Of a stretch of DNA of 64,000 nucleotides, positions 22,238 to 33,759 are shown piece after piece. Made by a program: the position numbers and the translations under genes. Below the pieces are notes generated by a model that was given only the letters and a program-made list of their open reading frames with translations, searched no databases and was not told the origin of the DNA. Source of the stretch: an uncultured Methanosarcinaceae archaeon (GTDB lineage Archaea > Halobacteriota > Methanosarcinia > Methanosarcinales > Methanosarcinaceae); NCBI GenBank assembly GCA_963733675.1, contig CAVTET010000006.1:128001-192000 (forward strand), read 5' to 3'. Position 1 is the stretch's first letter. Every line of letters starts with the position of its first letter.

Positions 22238-22597
22238 ATGTCTACAATGGACGATGAACTTAACGAAATTCGAAAGAGACGCCTCGCAGAAATTCAGAAA
22301 CTGCATGTACAGCAACAGCCTTCTGACATGCAGGCAGCCTACCAGCAGGAACAGGCAAGAGCTGATATAGAAGCTCAGAAGCAGATGATCCTTAGGCAAA
22401 TTCTGACTCCTGAGGCCAGAGAGCGCCTTACAACTATGAAGATGTCAAGGCCTACTCTTGGTGAGCAGCTTGAAATGCAGCTCATCTCACTCGCTCAGAC
22501 TGGACGCTTACCATCTCAAATAGATGATGAACAACTTAAAAAGCTCCTGATGAAGATGCAGCCAAAGAAGCGTAAGACTTCCATAAATCGGATTTAA
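22238..22597 (+). CDS. DNA-binding protein, PDCD5/TFAR19 family
   Basis: 'DELNEIR.RRL...[14 protein letters not shown]...I.D..LK.LL'. Conserved position after rps19e. Confidence 0.93.
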   Translation: MSTMDDELNEIRKRRLAEIQKLHVQQQPSDMQAAYQQEQARADIEAQKQMILRQILTPEARERLTTMKMSRPTLGEQLEMQLISLAQTGRLPSQIDDEQLKKLLMKMQPKKRKTSINRI

Positions 22598-22603
22598 GAA
22601 TAA

Positions 22604-23206
22604 ATGAGAACTTCTATCCTCTTTAGCGGAGGCAAGGACAGTTCACTTTCTGCCCTTTTGATGGAACCGTTTTTTGAGATCGAACTTGTTACGTGCAGTT
22701 TTGGTTTGCTTCCTAATGGAGAGCTAGCAGCAAAAACTGCAAAAGAGCTACAGTTTCCTCACCGGATTCTCTTTCTGGAAAAGGAGATCCTTGAAATGGC
22801 ATATAAGAAAATAATAAAAGATGGGTTCCCTAAAAATGCTATTAATTATATCCATGAAAAAGCTATAGAAACACTTGCTTCAGATCCGGAGGTTAAATGC
22901 ATTGCTGATGGAACCAGAAGGGATGATAAAGTTCCTGTTCTTTCAATTTCACAGTTGAGAAGTATTGAAGACCGACTGAAAATTCAGTACATTTGTCCAC
23001 TGAGAGGATATAATAGGAAGATCGTGAGTATTCTCGCTGAACACTACTTAAGGATTGAGGAAGGACCAAGTGAGAGTACTCCTAAAGCGGATTACGAAAA
23101 CGAGCTTAGAGAATTAATCAGACAGAGACACGGTGAAGATAAAATAAGGGAACTGTTTCCTGCTCATCTCCAATCTCATGTGCTTTCCAGGAAAGGGCAG
23201 CCGTGA
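22604..23206 (+). CDS. PP-loop (QueC-like) alpha-hydrolase/ATPase
   Basis: LFSGGKDSS, ADGTRRDD, K.DYE.ELR motifs and synteny. Confidence 0.88.
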   Translation: MRTSILFSGGKDSSLSALLMEPFFEIELVTCSFGLLPNGELAAKTAKELQFPHRILFLEKEILEMAYKKIIKDGFPKNAINYIHEKAIETLASDPEVKCIADGTRRDDKVPVLSISQLRSIEDRLKIQYICPLRGYNRKIVSILAEHYLRIEEGPSESTPKADYENELRELIRQRHGEDKIRELFPAHLQSHVLSRKGQP

Positions 23207-23472
23207 AAAAGATATGTGAAAGTTCGGAAGTTTCCAGATAGATGAAAAATTCTGGAATAAAGATTTATACGATAATCGAGTTATATTCAAACCTTGCAGA
23301 TTAACTGAGACTTTCATAGAATTTACAGGATACCGTTTGAGAGCTACTTTTATCCAGCGGGGCAGAACCGCAATTATGTAAGGATTAAGATCACAGTTAT
23401 CTAATAACTGGATATAACCAGAGATTATAGAGCTAAAACCAGGTATTATAGAGCTAAATTACTTACAGGTAA

Positions 23473-23643
<171 letters not shown>

Positions 23644-23652
23644 TCGAGGACG

Positions 23653-23934
23653 GTGAATAAAAAAATGGCAGAAGACTTAGTGAAAGAACAGATCTACACC
23701 ATCCCTCTCAGGGCGGCAAGAAAAGTACCTACCTGGAAAAGAGCCAATAGGGCAGTTACTGAAGTAAGGATTTTTATCATGAAACACATGAAGGTCGAGT
23801 CTGTACAGGTTAAGCTGGACAGATCTATTAATGAACATATCTGGGAAAAAGGTTGTGAAAAGCCCCCACTCTCCATCCGGGTCAGAGCTGTAAAATTCGC
23901 AGATGGTGAGGTGCAGACAGAACTCTCCCAGTAG
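23653..23934 (+). CDS. rpl31e: 50S ribosomal protein L31e
   Basis: 'EQIYTIPLR....P.WKRA.RAV..VR.F..KHMK...V.LD.SINE.IW'. Start may be ATG 23665. Confidence 0.96.
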   Translation: MNKKMAEDLVKEQIYTIPLRAARKVPTWKRANRAVTEVRIFIMKHMKVESVQVKLDRSINEHIWEKGCEKPPLSIRVRAVKFADGEVQTELSQ

Positions 23935-23966
23935 AACATACCAAAAAATGAAAATTACCAACAAGT

Positions 23967-24626
23967 ATGATCAGAACTATTGATATCTATGATACCCCAA
24001 TGATAGGGGTTTTTGCAACCTGCACAGACAATATTGCACTTGTTCCGCCTATGACAAAGCTCGATATATGTGCTAGAATTGAGAAATCGCTGGATGTAAG
24101 GGTAGTTGAGACTCTTGTAAATGGAAGTGTTGTGGTAGGAGCTCTTTCTAGAGGAAATTCAAACGGGTTTTTGTTTTCATATGGAACCAACACAAGAGAG
24201 CTGCAAAAATTAACAGGGGTTAAAGTAGAGACTCTTCCAGATAGATTGAATGCAGTCGGAAACATTGTGCTTGCAAACGATTCAGCATCTCTCGTTCACC
24301 CAGAACTGTCAGACAGGGCTATTGAGACTATTTCAAGAACTCTTAATGTCACAGTCTATAGAGGAACAATTGCCGGGATAAAAAATGTAGGTATGGCAGG
24401 AGTTGTCACCAACAAAGGACTCCTGGTACATCCGAGAGTGACATCTTCGGAGAGAGAAATTCTGGAAAAGATATTCGAGCTTCCAGTGAGCATAGGAACT
24501 ACAAATTTTGGAACTCAGATGCTAGGCTCAGGCATACTTGCTAATTCAAATGGGTATTTAGCAGGTTCAGAGACTACAGGGCCTGAACTTGGGAGAATCG
24601 AAGAAGCACTCGGATTCATAAAGTGA
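23967..24626 (+). CDS. eif6: Translation initiation factor 6 (aIF6)
   Basis: 'IGVFA', 'GNIVLAND', 'GTTNFG..MLGSG..ANS.G...G.ETTGPEL.RIE.AL'. Confidence 0.96.
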   Translation: MIRTIDIYDTPMIGVFATCTDNIALVPPMTKLDICARIEKSLDVRVVETLVNGSVVVGALSRGNSNGFLFSYGTNTRELQKLTGVKVETLPDRLNAVGNIVLANDSASLVHPELSDRAIETISRTLNVTVYRGTIAGIKNVGMAGVVTNKGLLVHPRVTSSEREILEKIFELPVSIGTTNFGTQMLGSGILANSNGYLAGSETTGPELGRIEEALGFIK

Positions 24627-24668
24627 GCACTAATCATTCAATTGTTGTGAAATGAAGCTACATCAAGA

Positions 24669-24857
24669 GTGGTGACCAAGATGAAGAATTTTTTTGTCAA
24701 AGGCAAATTTAAAGCAGGAAGTAACTGGGAAAATTTCACTAAGAAAGTTGAAAGTCAGAATGAGAAAAATGCAATAGATAAGGTATATTCTATCTTTGGA
24801 AGCAAGCATTGCATTAAAAGAAGCCAGATCCAGATAGAAAGCATTGGTGAGGAGTGA
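24669..24857 (+). CDS. rpl18a: 50S ribosomal protein L18Ae/LX
   Basis: 'F.VKG.F......F.K......E..A.DKVYS.FGSKH..KR.QI.I'. Confidence 0.92.
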   Translation: MVTKMKNFFVKGKFKAGSNWENFTKKVESQNEKNAIDKVYSIFGSKHCIKRSQIQIESIGEE

Positions 24858-25294
24858 AGGATATGGTCGAAATCAGTGAAGATGCCAGAAATATTGCGTC
24901 TAAGTATCAGGAGTTCCAGAGAGAAACCGAAGCCTTGAGGCAGGAAATGAGTATGATTCAGGTTTCTATTTCAAGCTGCGACCAGACAATTATAGCCATC
25001 AACGAGCTGAAGGCAGCCTCAGCAGAAGGTAAGATTGCCGAAACAATGGTTCCTGTAGGTTTTGGCTCATTTGTTTATGCCGAAGTGAAAAATGCAGACA
25101 GGATCATTGTAGACCTCGGAGCAGGCTTTAGGGCGGAAAAAACAGTAGCTGAAGCTATTGAAACCTTGAACAACCGAAAAGAGCAGCTTACGAAAATTCT
25201 CGAACAGATGAGCGCTTCACTGACTAAATTCATACAGAGTATGCAGGCTCTAGAAATTGAGGCTGCAAAAATTCAGCAACTCGGCCAGGCTTAA
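24854..25294 (+). CDS. pfdA: Prefoldin alpha subunit
   Basis: Coiled coils flanking 'E.MVPVG.GSF..A......[11 protein letters not shown]'. Confidence 0.94.
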   Translation: MKDMVEISEDARNIASKYQEFQRETEALRQEMSMIQVSISSCDQTIIAINELKAASAEGKIAETMVPVGFGSFVYAEVKNADRIIVDLGAGFRAEKTVAEAIETLNNRKEQLTKILEQMSASLTKFIQSMQALEIEAAKIQQLGQA

Positions 25295-25582
25295 AAAACC
25301 TTGTTCAGGCAAAATCTAAATCAAAGATTTCAACTTATTAAAGAGGATTTCGAGAAACATCCGATTTCAATAAATTGCTTTATATACGTTTCATAAACAA
25401 TCAACTAAAAATTGGGCTATATAGAAATCTTCTGAAGAGTGAAATATATGATAGAAGATTTCGATAAATTTTTAAATTTCGTCCTATGCTTATAAACGGT
25501 ATCTAAATGACTAGTGGGAATCAGAGGTTTTTCGAGATCTACAACATCTTATTTTTTATTGAATATCTCTTGGATGGATCCT

Positions 25583-26845
25583 GTGTTCAACAAATTTAAA
25601 GAGAAACTTGGGAGTTTTAAAAAAGCGCTCAGCAAAACTATTGAAAAGAAAGCAGTAGCTATTGACTATGAAGCTGAACAAGCACCTGAAAACGAAGAAG
25701 TCCCTGAAGGGGAACTCGAGCCAGTTTTAGAAGAGACAAATTTTGTAACATCTCTGAGAGAGGAAAGTCCCGAAATTGAACATATAGAGTCTGTAACTAC
25801 TACGTCTATAACTTTTGACAAAGAAGACAAGAAAAAGGTCGAATATCAAAAAAGAGTTAAAGAGAGAAAAAAAGCGGCAGAGATTGAGGCTGAAAAAGAA
25901 AAAGCGTATGTAGATAAAAAACCTGAGGAGAAAAAATCCTTTTTCAAAAAGGTATCGAATGTTGGGTTTGCACAGAAGGCAAAAGCTCTGGTCTTTAATA
26001 GGGAAGTCTATCTGGATATTAAGGATTTGGAAGAGCCTCTCTGGGAACTCGAAATGGGTCTTCTAGAAAGTGATCTTGCTCTCTCAGTTTCCGAGGCGAT
26101 TGTGGAATCAGTGAAAAATCAGCTCACAGGTACCACAAAACGTATTGGCAGCAATACAGAAGAAATAGTAGAGGCAGCCTTAAAAAAAGCTATCCTGGAT
26201 ATTGTTTCTGCTAATACCTATGATTTTGACGAGTATGTGGAGAATATAGATAAGCCTGTCCACATTGTTTTTGTTGGGATTAATGGAACAGGAAAAACAA
26301 CATCTATTGCAAAGTTAACTCACAGGTTGCTTAAGTCAGGTCATTCCGTAATTCTGGCTGCAGGAGATACTTTCAGGGCAGGTGCTATTGACCAGCTTGA
26401 AATTCATGCTAACAGGCTGGGAGTAAAAATGATTAAGCATCAACCTGGAGCTGATCCAGCAGCGGTTATTTATGATGCAGTCAAGTACGCAAAAGCCCAT
26501 AAAATAGATTTCGTGCTTTCAGATACTGCAGGCCGGATGCATACAAACCTGAACCTCATGGCACAGATGGAAAAGATTTGCAGGATAAGTACTCCAGACC
26601 TCATAATTTTTGTAGATGAAGCAGTTGCAGGAAATGATGCAGTTGAAAGGGCTGCCCTGTTCAATGAAGTTGTGCCAATCGATGGTTCTATTCTGACAAA
26701 AATAGATGCCGATGCCAAAGGTGGAGCTGGTATTTCCATTGCTTATATCACAAAAAAGCCAATTCTCTTTTTTGGGATAGGGCAGAGCTATGAAGATCTG
26801 AAAAAGTTCGACCCCGAATGGTTCATAGATCAACTTTTTAATTAG
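25583..26845 (+). CDS. ftsY: SRP receptor FtsY
   Basis: Acidic N-terminus, GINGTGKTT, DTFRAGA, DTAGR, TKID.DAKGG. Likely GTG start at 25583. Confidence 0.96.
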   Translation: MFNKFKEKLGSFKKALSKTIEKKAVAIDYEAEQAPENEEVPEGELEPVLEETNFVTSLREESPEIEHIESVTTTSITFDKEDKKKVEYQKRVKERKKAAEIEAEKEKAYVDKKPEEKKSFFKKVSNVGFAQKAKALVFNREVYLDIKDLEEPLWELEMGLLESDLALSVSEAIVESVKNQLTGTTKRIGSNTEEIVEAALKKAILDIVSANTYDFDEYVENIDKPVHIVFVGINGTGKTTSIAKLTHRLLKSGHSVILAAGDTFRAGAIDQLEIHANRLGVKMIKHQPGADPAAVIYDAVKYAKAHKIDFVLSDTAGRMHTNLNLMAQMEKICRISTPDLIIFVDEAVAGNDAVERAALFNEVVPIDGSILTKIDADAKGGAGISIAYITKKPILFFGIGQSYEDLKKFDPEWFIDQLFN

Positions 26846-26989
26846 TAAAAATAATCTAGCTTTCAAGCTATTATTAATAGCTAATTTTCATATCATTTCG
26901 CTGGGGAAGTTTTTTTCAAAAATTTCCTTATAAGGTTGCTGTAGAAAGCAAGAAAAGTTTATACCACCTCTAAGAAATTTCAGGTATCT

Positions 26990-27180
26990 TCAGGAATCCT
27001 AATCCAAGTGTAGATATGAGCAAGCATCTCATGCCACCTCACCCAGAGACAAGAATGAATTATAGCAACCTTACGATTGTGTGGTAAATATTAACATATT
27101 CAGCTATTTCTCTGCTTACTCTTACGATAATCATCTTCTTCTTTGATAAGTACAGTCTTTTAACTTTATCTTTTTTCAAG
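26990..27180 (-). pseudogene. PspC-domain membrane protein relic
   Basis: Minus strand reads KRLYLSKKKMIIVRVSREIAEYVNIYHTIVRLL*FILVSG, close to the PspC consensus KRLYRS....I.GV.GG.AEY..ID.TIVR. Confidence 0.5.
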
Positions 27181-27475
27181 GACTGTATAGGCTTTGGCCA
27201 GTTACTCCATAGCATATTTATAAATTGCCTTCAGGATTTTGACTTATATAGCAATTTCTGTGTCTTTAAAGGATAAGAGATTTCTTTGTTTATGTTCTTC
27301 TTTTTATAAAAAACATGGAATGATGTGGAATTCCCAAATTTTAACCCTAAAATCTGGTTATTTTTTTGAACGTTATGTGCTCATCATATGGAGGAACATA
27401 AAATCTCAAGAAAGGTTTAATAGACAATTCCTTAGTAAATAATAAAGGCTAAATAATTAACAGGAATATCCCTTT

Positions 27476-28666
27476 ATGATTCCAAAAAACTATTACGATG
27501 TCATCGTCGTTGGTGCAGGCCCAGCAGGTTCGACTGCTGCCCTTTATGCGGCAGAGCATGGATCTTCTGTCCTTCTTCTTGATAAAAAAAAGGAATTAGG
27601 AAGTCCTATTCAGTGTGCAGGCTTTCTCCCCGATGCCTCTGAAATCCGGGCCCTTCTTCCTGATGCAAAACTGCCAAATTACCTGAAAAACTATCCTTGT
27701 TCCTGCGTACTCCAGCGTATCAAAACTCAGCGTATCATCTCTCCAAATTGCAGTGTGAAAGAATTCGCTGTCAAGGGTGCTGTTCTCGATCGGCGCAGAT
27801 ATGATCAGTTTCTTGCTGAACAGGCAGCAAAGGAAGGGGTTGAACTGATGATAAAAACCCGCGTTACAAAGGTGGAGGGCACAACTGTAGAAACGAAAGG
27901 AATTTATGGGAAACACGTTATCAGGGCAAAGGCGATAATTGGAGCCGATGGTCCCAACTCTCTGGTTGCAAAATCAAAAGGCCTCTCTTTCAAGCCCGGA
28001 GAAAGGGAAACATCTGTGGCTCTTGAATATCAGGTAAGGAATGTGGATATAGACCCCAATTCGCTTGAGATGTATTTTGGGAACAATTTCGTTCCTGGAG
28101 GTTACGCCTGGATTTTCCCTGAGGGCGAAGATAGGGCCAATGTAGGGCTAGGGGTCCGAATCAGAATGGCTGAAAAGGGGGTATATGTAAAAGAGTATCT
28201 AAATCGTTTCATTCAGGATCATCCTATCGCCGGCCAGAAGCTAAAAAATGGTGTCTTTCTGAACGTTATTGCAGGTATAATTCCGGTTAATGGGGCTCCG
28301 AAGAGAACTGCAACCGAAGACTCGCTGATTGTAGGGGATGCAGCAGGGCATATTATTGCTACAAATGGAGGTGGGATCCCACCTGCTATGATTGCTGGAA
28401 AAGTGGCAGGTGAAACTGCAGCAAAATTTGTTACGGGGGGATGTCGGCTTGAAGAGTACGACCACCAATGGAGAACTCAAATTGGAGATGCAATTGAGAC
28501 TTCAGTACATATAAGACAGCTCATCGATGGGCTCATTAAGTCCGATACCCTCATGAATGCAGCTTTAAAGCTCATTTCTCCTGATCAAATGAAGATCATG
28601 CAGTGTGGAAAACTCCCTGATCTTGTGAAAATAGGGCTTCAGGCTATTAATAGAAGACAAAAATAA
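27476..28666 (+). CDS. Geranylgeranyl reductase family FAD oxidoreductase
   Basis: DVIVVGAGPAGS, IGADG, PGGYAWIFP, VGDAAG...TNGGGI motifs. Confidence 0.92.
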   Translation: MIPKNYYDVIVVGAGPAGSTAALYAAEHGSSVLLLDKKKELGSPIQCAGFLPDASEIRALLPDAKLPNYLKNYPCSCVLQRIKTQRIISPNCSVKEFAVKGAVLDRRRYDQFLAEQAAKEGVELMIKTRVTKVEGTTVETKGIYGKHVIRAKAIIGADGPNSLVAKSKGLSFKPGERETSVALEYQVRNVDIDPNSLEMYFGNNFVPGGYAWIFPEGEDRANVGLGVRIRMAEKGVYVKEYLNRFIQDHPIAGQKLKNGVFLNVIAGIIPVNGAPKRTATEDSLIVGDAAGHIIATNGGGIPPAMIAGKVAGETAAKFVTGGCRLEEYDHQWRTQIGDAIETSVHIRQLIDGLIKSDTLMNAALKLISPDQMKIMQCGKLPDLVKIGLQAINRRQK

Positions 28667-28687
28667 ATATGATTCTTCTGCCACAAT

Positions 28688-29056
28688 TCAACTACTCGGA
28701 TTTTTCTGCTCTGTTTTTTCTCCCCCCTGTTCACAAAGATTTTCTGCTGCCTTAATCTTTCTTAATTCTGTCTCTGCGTCTTCTTTGTTATACTTTGCTT
28801 CCAAGTAGCTGGGCCTTATTTCAAGAGCTTTATCAAAAGAGTTAATTGCATCCTCGTACTTTTTCAGGATAACAAATTCAAGTCCTCTGAGGTTCCAAGC
28901 CCCAGCAAAACTAGGTTTTAATTCAAGAACCTTATCAAAATACTTTATCTTTTTTTCAGGATCATTTTCATCTACTGCAGTCCAGTACCATTCCTCGACG
29001 GTTTTTCCCTCAATTTTTTTTTTAAATAACTTGTCCAAGAAGCTCACAAATATCAC
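28688..29056 (-). CDS. TPR-repeat protein
   Basis: 'YFDKVLELKP..AGAWNLRG...YEDAINSFDKALEIRP.Y.EA'. Confidence 0.85.
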   Translation of the reverse strand: MIFVSFLDKLFKKKIEGKTVEEWYWTAVDENDPEKKIKYFDKVLELKPSFAGAWNLRGLEFVILKKYEDAINSFDKALEIRPSYLEAKYNKEDAETELRKIKAAENLCEQGGEKTEQKNPSS

Positions 29057-29217
29057 ACCTTTTTAGGAAATTGATCCGGAAGGTAGAAATAGATAATTAT
29101 ACAATCAGCTAAAATGACTCTAACGTATTTTCCCTTAGTTGGCATTATCTAATGTTAGTAGGAATTTTTTTGATCTCCCTATTTTTTCTCCAGTTTTGAA
29201 AAAAACAATGAAACTTC

Positions 29218-30206
29218 GTCTATTTAGAAATCCTATAAGTTGTGTATTGCCCCATCTTTTTATACACATTGTATCATAAAATATTACAATATTTTCCCAC
29301 AAAAAAATGAAGGAGAACATAATATTGAAATCGATAAATACATTAAATTTGTTGATACCAGCCTTAGAACTGTTCAGTCTTCCAGAGTGGATATTTATTT
29401 CTGCAAATATTCCAAACATATTTATACCCAGCATTAACTTCTTGGTCTGGTTTTATTGAAGTAATATATAATCACTAACTATCTTGATTTTATAGACTTA
29501 TTAACCTAATAAACAATCTAAAGAAAAACTCGATCTTAATAAGATTCCCCATTCCACTACATTTAAAAATTTGAACCCAGAATTCCTTCATCTCTGTTTA
29601 ATCTTCTTTTGTCAAAAACTTAAAGTCGTTTTACTCACATGGAGAAATGATCTATATTAAGGCAATTGATTCAACAGAATTTACAAGTTCCTATACAATT
29701 TATTATTATTCCCACAGAACATGGGTTCTAGGAGAAGCTTCATGAAAACTTTAATATCAGTCTACACAGCTAAAAAGATGGTATTAGGATGGGAAATACC
29801 AAAAAATATCCTGAAATCAGACATGTAAATGCTCTGATAAAACAATCAAATAAGATAAGAAAATCTCAATGTTATGTGATGGATAAAGGATATGTTTCAG
29901 AAAAAATCCATCCCATAATTAGAGAAGAAATAAGAACAGACTCCATTATACATGCAGAAAAGAACGAGAACATAAATTTTGGGAAAATCAGAAGACAGTT
30001 GCACTTAATCTTTGATAAAATTAAATATAATCAAAGGAATGTAGCGGAGACAACGCCTTCTGTTGTCAAAAGTTATTTGGAGAAATATTTCGGGTAAGAA
30101 AGTTCAATAATAAAGTCAAAGAAGCAAAACTTAAACTCATAGTCTATAACGTAAATAAAAAGATAGTAAAAATGATTTGCATTAAATTAAGGATTTCTAC
30201 AGAGCC
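29218..30206 (+). mobile_element. Degenerate IS5-family element (methanogen ISH1-like group)
   Basis: Fragments 'YSK..YTQH', 'AIDST', 'YVMDKGY.SEKIH..IRE' and 'YNQRN.AET..SVVK'. Right end GGATTTCTACAGAGCC at 30191-30206. Many stops. Confidence 0.75.
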
Positions 30207-30255
30207 TCGAAAGCCTCTATATATTTGTTCAGCTTAATAATTTAGGAGAATTTCC

Positions 30256-32061
30256 TTGAATGGCACAAACATTGCATTGGGCATTTTTTTACTATACTGG
30301 TTCTTTGTCTCCGTTCTTGACAGAAGGGGTACTCTTGAGAAGTATAGCATAAGCACTTTCGGATCACTTCCCATTCTTATGATCAGGACAACTAAAGGTC
30401 TCAAAATGTTGGATGTATTGGCTCGTCCTAAGCTTTACTGGAGAAACTTTGCAAACCTTGGAATCTTGATAATGTTTGCAGGAATGCTTTCAATGTTCCT
30501 TATCATCGTTTTATCAGACCTCACGCTCTATTCTTCCTTCCTGAATGGAAATGTGCCAGAGCCTGGAAAGTACAATTCCCCAAAAAATATTTTTCTGATC
30601 CCTGGAGTAAACGAATTCATTCCCTTCACATGGGGAATCATTGCTCTAATAGTCGCTCTTGTTGTGCACGAGTTCTCCCATGCGATTCTTTGCAGGGTTG
30701 AAGGCATAAGGGTTAAATCAATGGGAATCCTGTTTGCTCTGGTTCCAATCGGGGGTTTTGCGGAGCCTGATGATGAACAGCTTTTCGGAAAGAAGGAGAT
30801 AGTAAAAAAAGAACTGCCTCTCACAGCCACTATTGAGGAAATCGAGGAATGGGAGCAGAAAGGAAATAAATGGGGTGAATGGAAAAAAAATGAAGGATTT
30901 GAAGCAAAAAAAACCTATCTAAAGGATGAAAAGACTGTCACAAGGACTCAAAGGACGCGGATTCTTGCAAGTGGGGTTATGGCCAATTTTACCGTGGCTT
31001 TTATAGCTTTTCTCCTTTTCTTCGGGCCTGTGCTTGGGGCAATTGCACCTTTGAGTGACGCCATGGTTTTAAAAGTCAATGAAAGCTCCCCAGCTAATCT
31101 TGCAGGGATTCAGAAAGGTGTAATAATCACGCAGGTCGATGATACGAATATCACTACATCTTTAGACCTTATGACATATCTCGAAAAGGTCAAACCCGGG
31201 GTTCCTGTACGCATTCATGCCAAAAAAGACGGTCTTAGTTCTGTGTACTATTTAAATACAGCTTCAGTTTCAAGAAACGACTTTAATGGAGTGTTAGTAG
31301 GAGAGATTATTAAAGGAAGTCCAGCAGAAGCTGCAGGAATTGAAACCGGAATGGTAATTGTTCGGATAAATGACGTTAAAATGTACAGTATTGCGAGTTT
31401 CGTAAACTTCATGAAGACAACTCAGGCAAACCAGACCTTAAAGGTTGAACTGGTACCTCCTGAAAACTATGCCAGCAACATCAATAAAAATGGCACTGTT
31501 GTTTTTTATGTGAAACTATCCTCTAATTCTGTTGGAGGTCAACAAGGCTTCCTTGGAGTTCGCTACGGTAATAAAGGGATTATGGAGTGCCCTATGCTTG
31601 GAATTTCGTTAGGGATGCCACAGGCAAAGTTATATCTTGAAGCCTTAAAGCAAATACCTTCCTTACTCGCAGTGCCCGCAGGTTGGGTTATCCTTTTCGG
31701 ACTTCCTATTTATGGATTTGCAGGAGAAGGATTTCGCGGATTTTCAGGCGTAATTATGCAATTCTATCATCCTGTGGGTTGGGCAGAACCTTTAGGGGTT
31801 GGTATTTTCTGGGTCGCAAATACTTTGCTCTGGGTTGGTTGGCTGAACTTCTATGTCGGACTTTTCAACTGTCTACCTGCAGTACCCCTGGATGGAGGGT
31901 ATGTATTTAAAGATTCTATTCATTCCTTTATATATAGGCTTACAATGAATGAAGCACTATCGGGAAAGATATCAAACTCTGTAACAGCAGGATTTTCTAT
32001 ATTGATTCTGTTCTCTTTAATGTTAATGATATTCGGACCTTTTATTGGACAGTGGGTCTGA
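30256..32061 (+). CDS. Site-2 protease (peptidase M50) with two PDZ domains
   Basis: HEFSH zinc motif, GGFAEP, NCLPAVPLDGG, two 'SPA..AG...G..I' PDZ segments. Confidence 0.93.
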   Translation: MNGTNIALGIFLLYWFFVSVLDRRGTLEKYSISTFGSLPILMIRTTKGLKMLDVLARPKLYWRNFANLGILIMFAGMLSMFLIIVLSDLTLYSSFLNGNVPEPGKYNSPKNIFLIPGVNEFIPFTWGIIALIVALVVHEFSHAILCRVEGIRVKSMGILFALVPIGGFAEPDDEQLFGKKEIVKKELPLTATIEEIEEWEQKGNKWGEWKKNEGFEAKKTYLKDEKTVTRTQRTRILASGVMANFTVAFIAFLLFFGPVLGAIAPLSDAMVLKVNESSPANLAGIQKGVIITQVDDTNITTSLDLMTYLEKVKPGVPVRIHAKKDGLSSVYYLNTASVSRNDFNGVLVGEIIKGSPAEAAGIETGMVIVRINDVKMYSIASFVNFMKTTQANQTLKVELVPPENYASNINKNGTVVFYVKLSSNSVGGQQGFLGVRYGNKGIMECPMLGISLGMPQAKLYLEALKQIPSLLAVPAGWVILFGLPIYGFAGEGFRGFSGVIMQFYHPVGWAEPLGVGIFWVANTLLWVGWLNFYVGLFNCLPAVPLDGGYVFKDSIHSFIYRLTMNEALSGKISNSVTAGFSILILFSLMLMIFGPFIGQWV

Positions 32062-32332
32062 TAGAGATCGAAGCTGCTTAATCAACCATCAACCTACATG
32101 AAGGGGGAGGGCTTTAGATTAGCTACCTTTCCAATTTTTTATTTAGCTAGTTAAATATTTTTAATTTTTACTTTTTAGGGGTTTTAGGCGTTAACTTAAG
32201 TCACTGATCAAATCTGGAAAATTATTATACTTCCATTTTTAGGCAAGTGTAGAGAGGAAGTTTGGTGTATACTATTTTCAACAACTTATAGCCATGACCT
32301 ATTCCTCATGTTCTTTTTTGCGTTACATTTTA

Positions 32333-33204
32333 GAGGCTATCCGAAAAGTCCTGCTGATCTGAATGTTATCAATGCGCACGCTAAATGTAGGATAGCAAGG
32401 TAATTTTCAATTTTCTTTTCCCATCTTATAAGGAGTCTTCTGAATCTATTCAGCCAAGAATGTGTCCTTTCTACAACCCATCTTTTTGCCCTAAAACCAG
32501 GTATGTCCCTTCTTATGTTTTCTTCCCCGCGACTTTTGATATGCGCAGTATAACCATATTCTTCAACCAATTTTCTGATATCGTTGAAATCATAACCCTT
32601 ATCCATGCATATATTCTGAATTATGTCTTCTGCAGAAGGTCTTTCAAAGAATATGGCGTCTAAAGTCCTTTTTACAAGCTTTTTATCGTGACGATTAGCT
32701 CCATCAACGACAACAGAAAGTGGTATGCCTTTACCATCAGTTAAAACACTCCTTTTTGTACCTTTTTTGCCACGATCAGTAGGATTGGCTCCTGTTCCAG
32801 CTCCACCTAATGGTGCTTTTGTCATAGCACCATCAATTGATTGTCATTCCCATTCTTAATCCTTTTTCGAAATCATACTCAACAATACCAGCCAGCCACA
32901 TGCTCTCAAATAAGCCTGATAGTTGCCATTCCTGAAATCGATCATGTACAGTGCTTGAGGCTCCATAAAATCGTGGCAATGCTTTCCATTGGTAACCAGT
33001 AACAAGGAGATAGAAAATGCCACTCATTATTTTCCTATCACCCTTTCTAGGTCTTCCAGACTTCTTTTTTGGCTGAGGTACAGGTAGTAAAGGTTCTATT
33101 TTTTCCAATAATCTTCAGAAATTTCGTAGTCCTGAACAATTTTCCATTTTGTCATTACCACAAATGATCTTAAATTGAAAGTATATTCTTTTTAGGATAG
33201 GCTC
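32333..33204 (-). mobile_element. IS5-family element, copy 2 (872 bp)
   Basis: TIRs GAGGCTATCCGAAAA / TTTTAGGATAGGCTC, TTA target duplication, split transposase ORFs 32833-33108 and 32337-32825. Confidence 0.92.
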
Positions 33205-33208
33205 TTAG

Positions 33209-33292
33209 TGCGAGCGATACAATTCGAATACACGAACTCCTACGAGACTAAAAACTCAACTATCGCCTTTGACCTAATTGGGCAGCTCCAGC
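33209..33292 (-). pseudogene. Decayed tRNA-Leu(GAG)-like sequence
   Basis: Minus strand has GGTCAAAGGCGATAG-TTGAG...CTCGTAGGAGTTCGTG.ATTCGAAT...CTCGCA, a class II tRNA layout with broken stems. Confidence 0.6.
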
Positions 33293-33380
33293 ATGTCGAT
33301 ACAGAAAGGAACTTTGATAAACCTTTACAAAAAGAACCGGAGAGATAGCTGAAAACTTGAAGTTAAACGATCAAAATTTG

Positions 33381-33465
33381 TGCGAGGGGTGAGATTCGAA
33401 CCTATGACAACCTTCATAAACGGATCTGAAGTCTGGTGCTTTTGACATAGCTGGATAACACTCGC
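33381..33465 (-). pseudogene. Decayed tRNA-Leu(TAA)-like sequence, anticodon position now reads TCA
   Basis: GCGAGTG...GACTTCAGATC...GGTTCGAATCTCACCCCTCGCA. Acceptor stem pairs 6/7, and the D, anticodon and T stems are mismatched. Confidence 0.6.
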
Positions 33466-33759
33466 ACATTGAAGGGTAAATTTTTATATTTGTTTCTCTT
33501 ATATTTATTTGCTTTTACTTCCCACTAGATGTTCATTTAAATATATTTTTAGTCCAATATATTGTTTCAGGAGTCCAGTATCTTATGAATGATACCATTG
33601 GATCCAAATTCGGTGAATCTTACTCTACATAGGGGGTTTTCGCATCGTCACAATACAACATCCAGAGTTTTGTCAATTCAACATCAACTATAATATTAAT
33701 CCTGAAAGGATATATGGATTAATATCATATTGGACTTCTAAATATAAGGTAAGATCTTT

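Noticed and set aside
23416-23457. 21-bp tandem duplication upstream of rpl39e (also a 20-bp one at ~9078-9118)
   Set aside because: Two-copy slippage duplications with no evidence of function.
33381-33465. Functional UGA-suppressor or tRNA-Sec (anticodon reads TCA)
   Set aside because: D, anticodon and T stems have multiple mismatches and the D-loop GG is lost. Best read as a mutated Leu-TAA relic.
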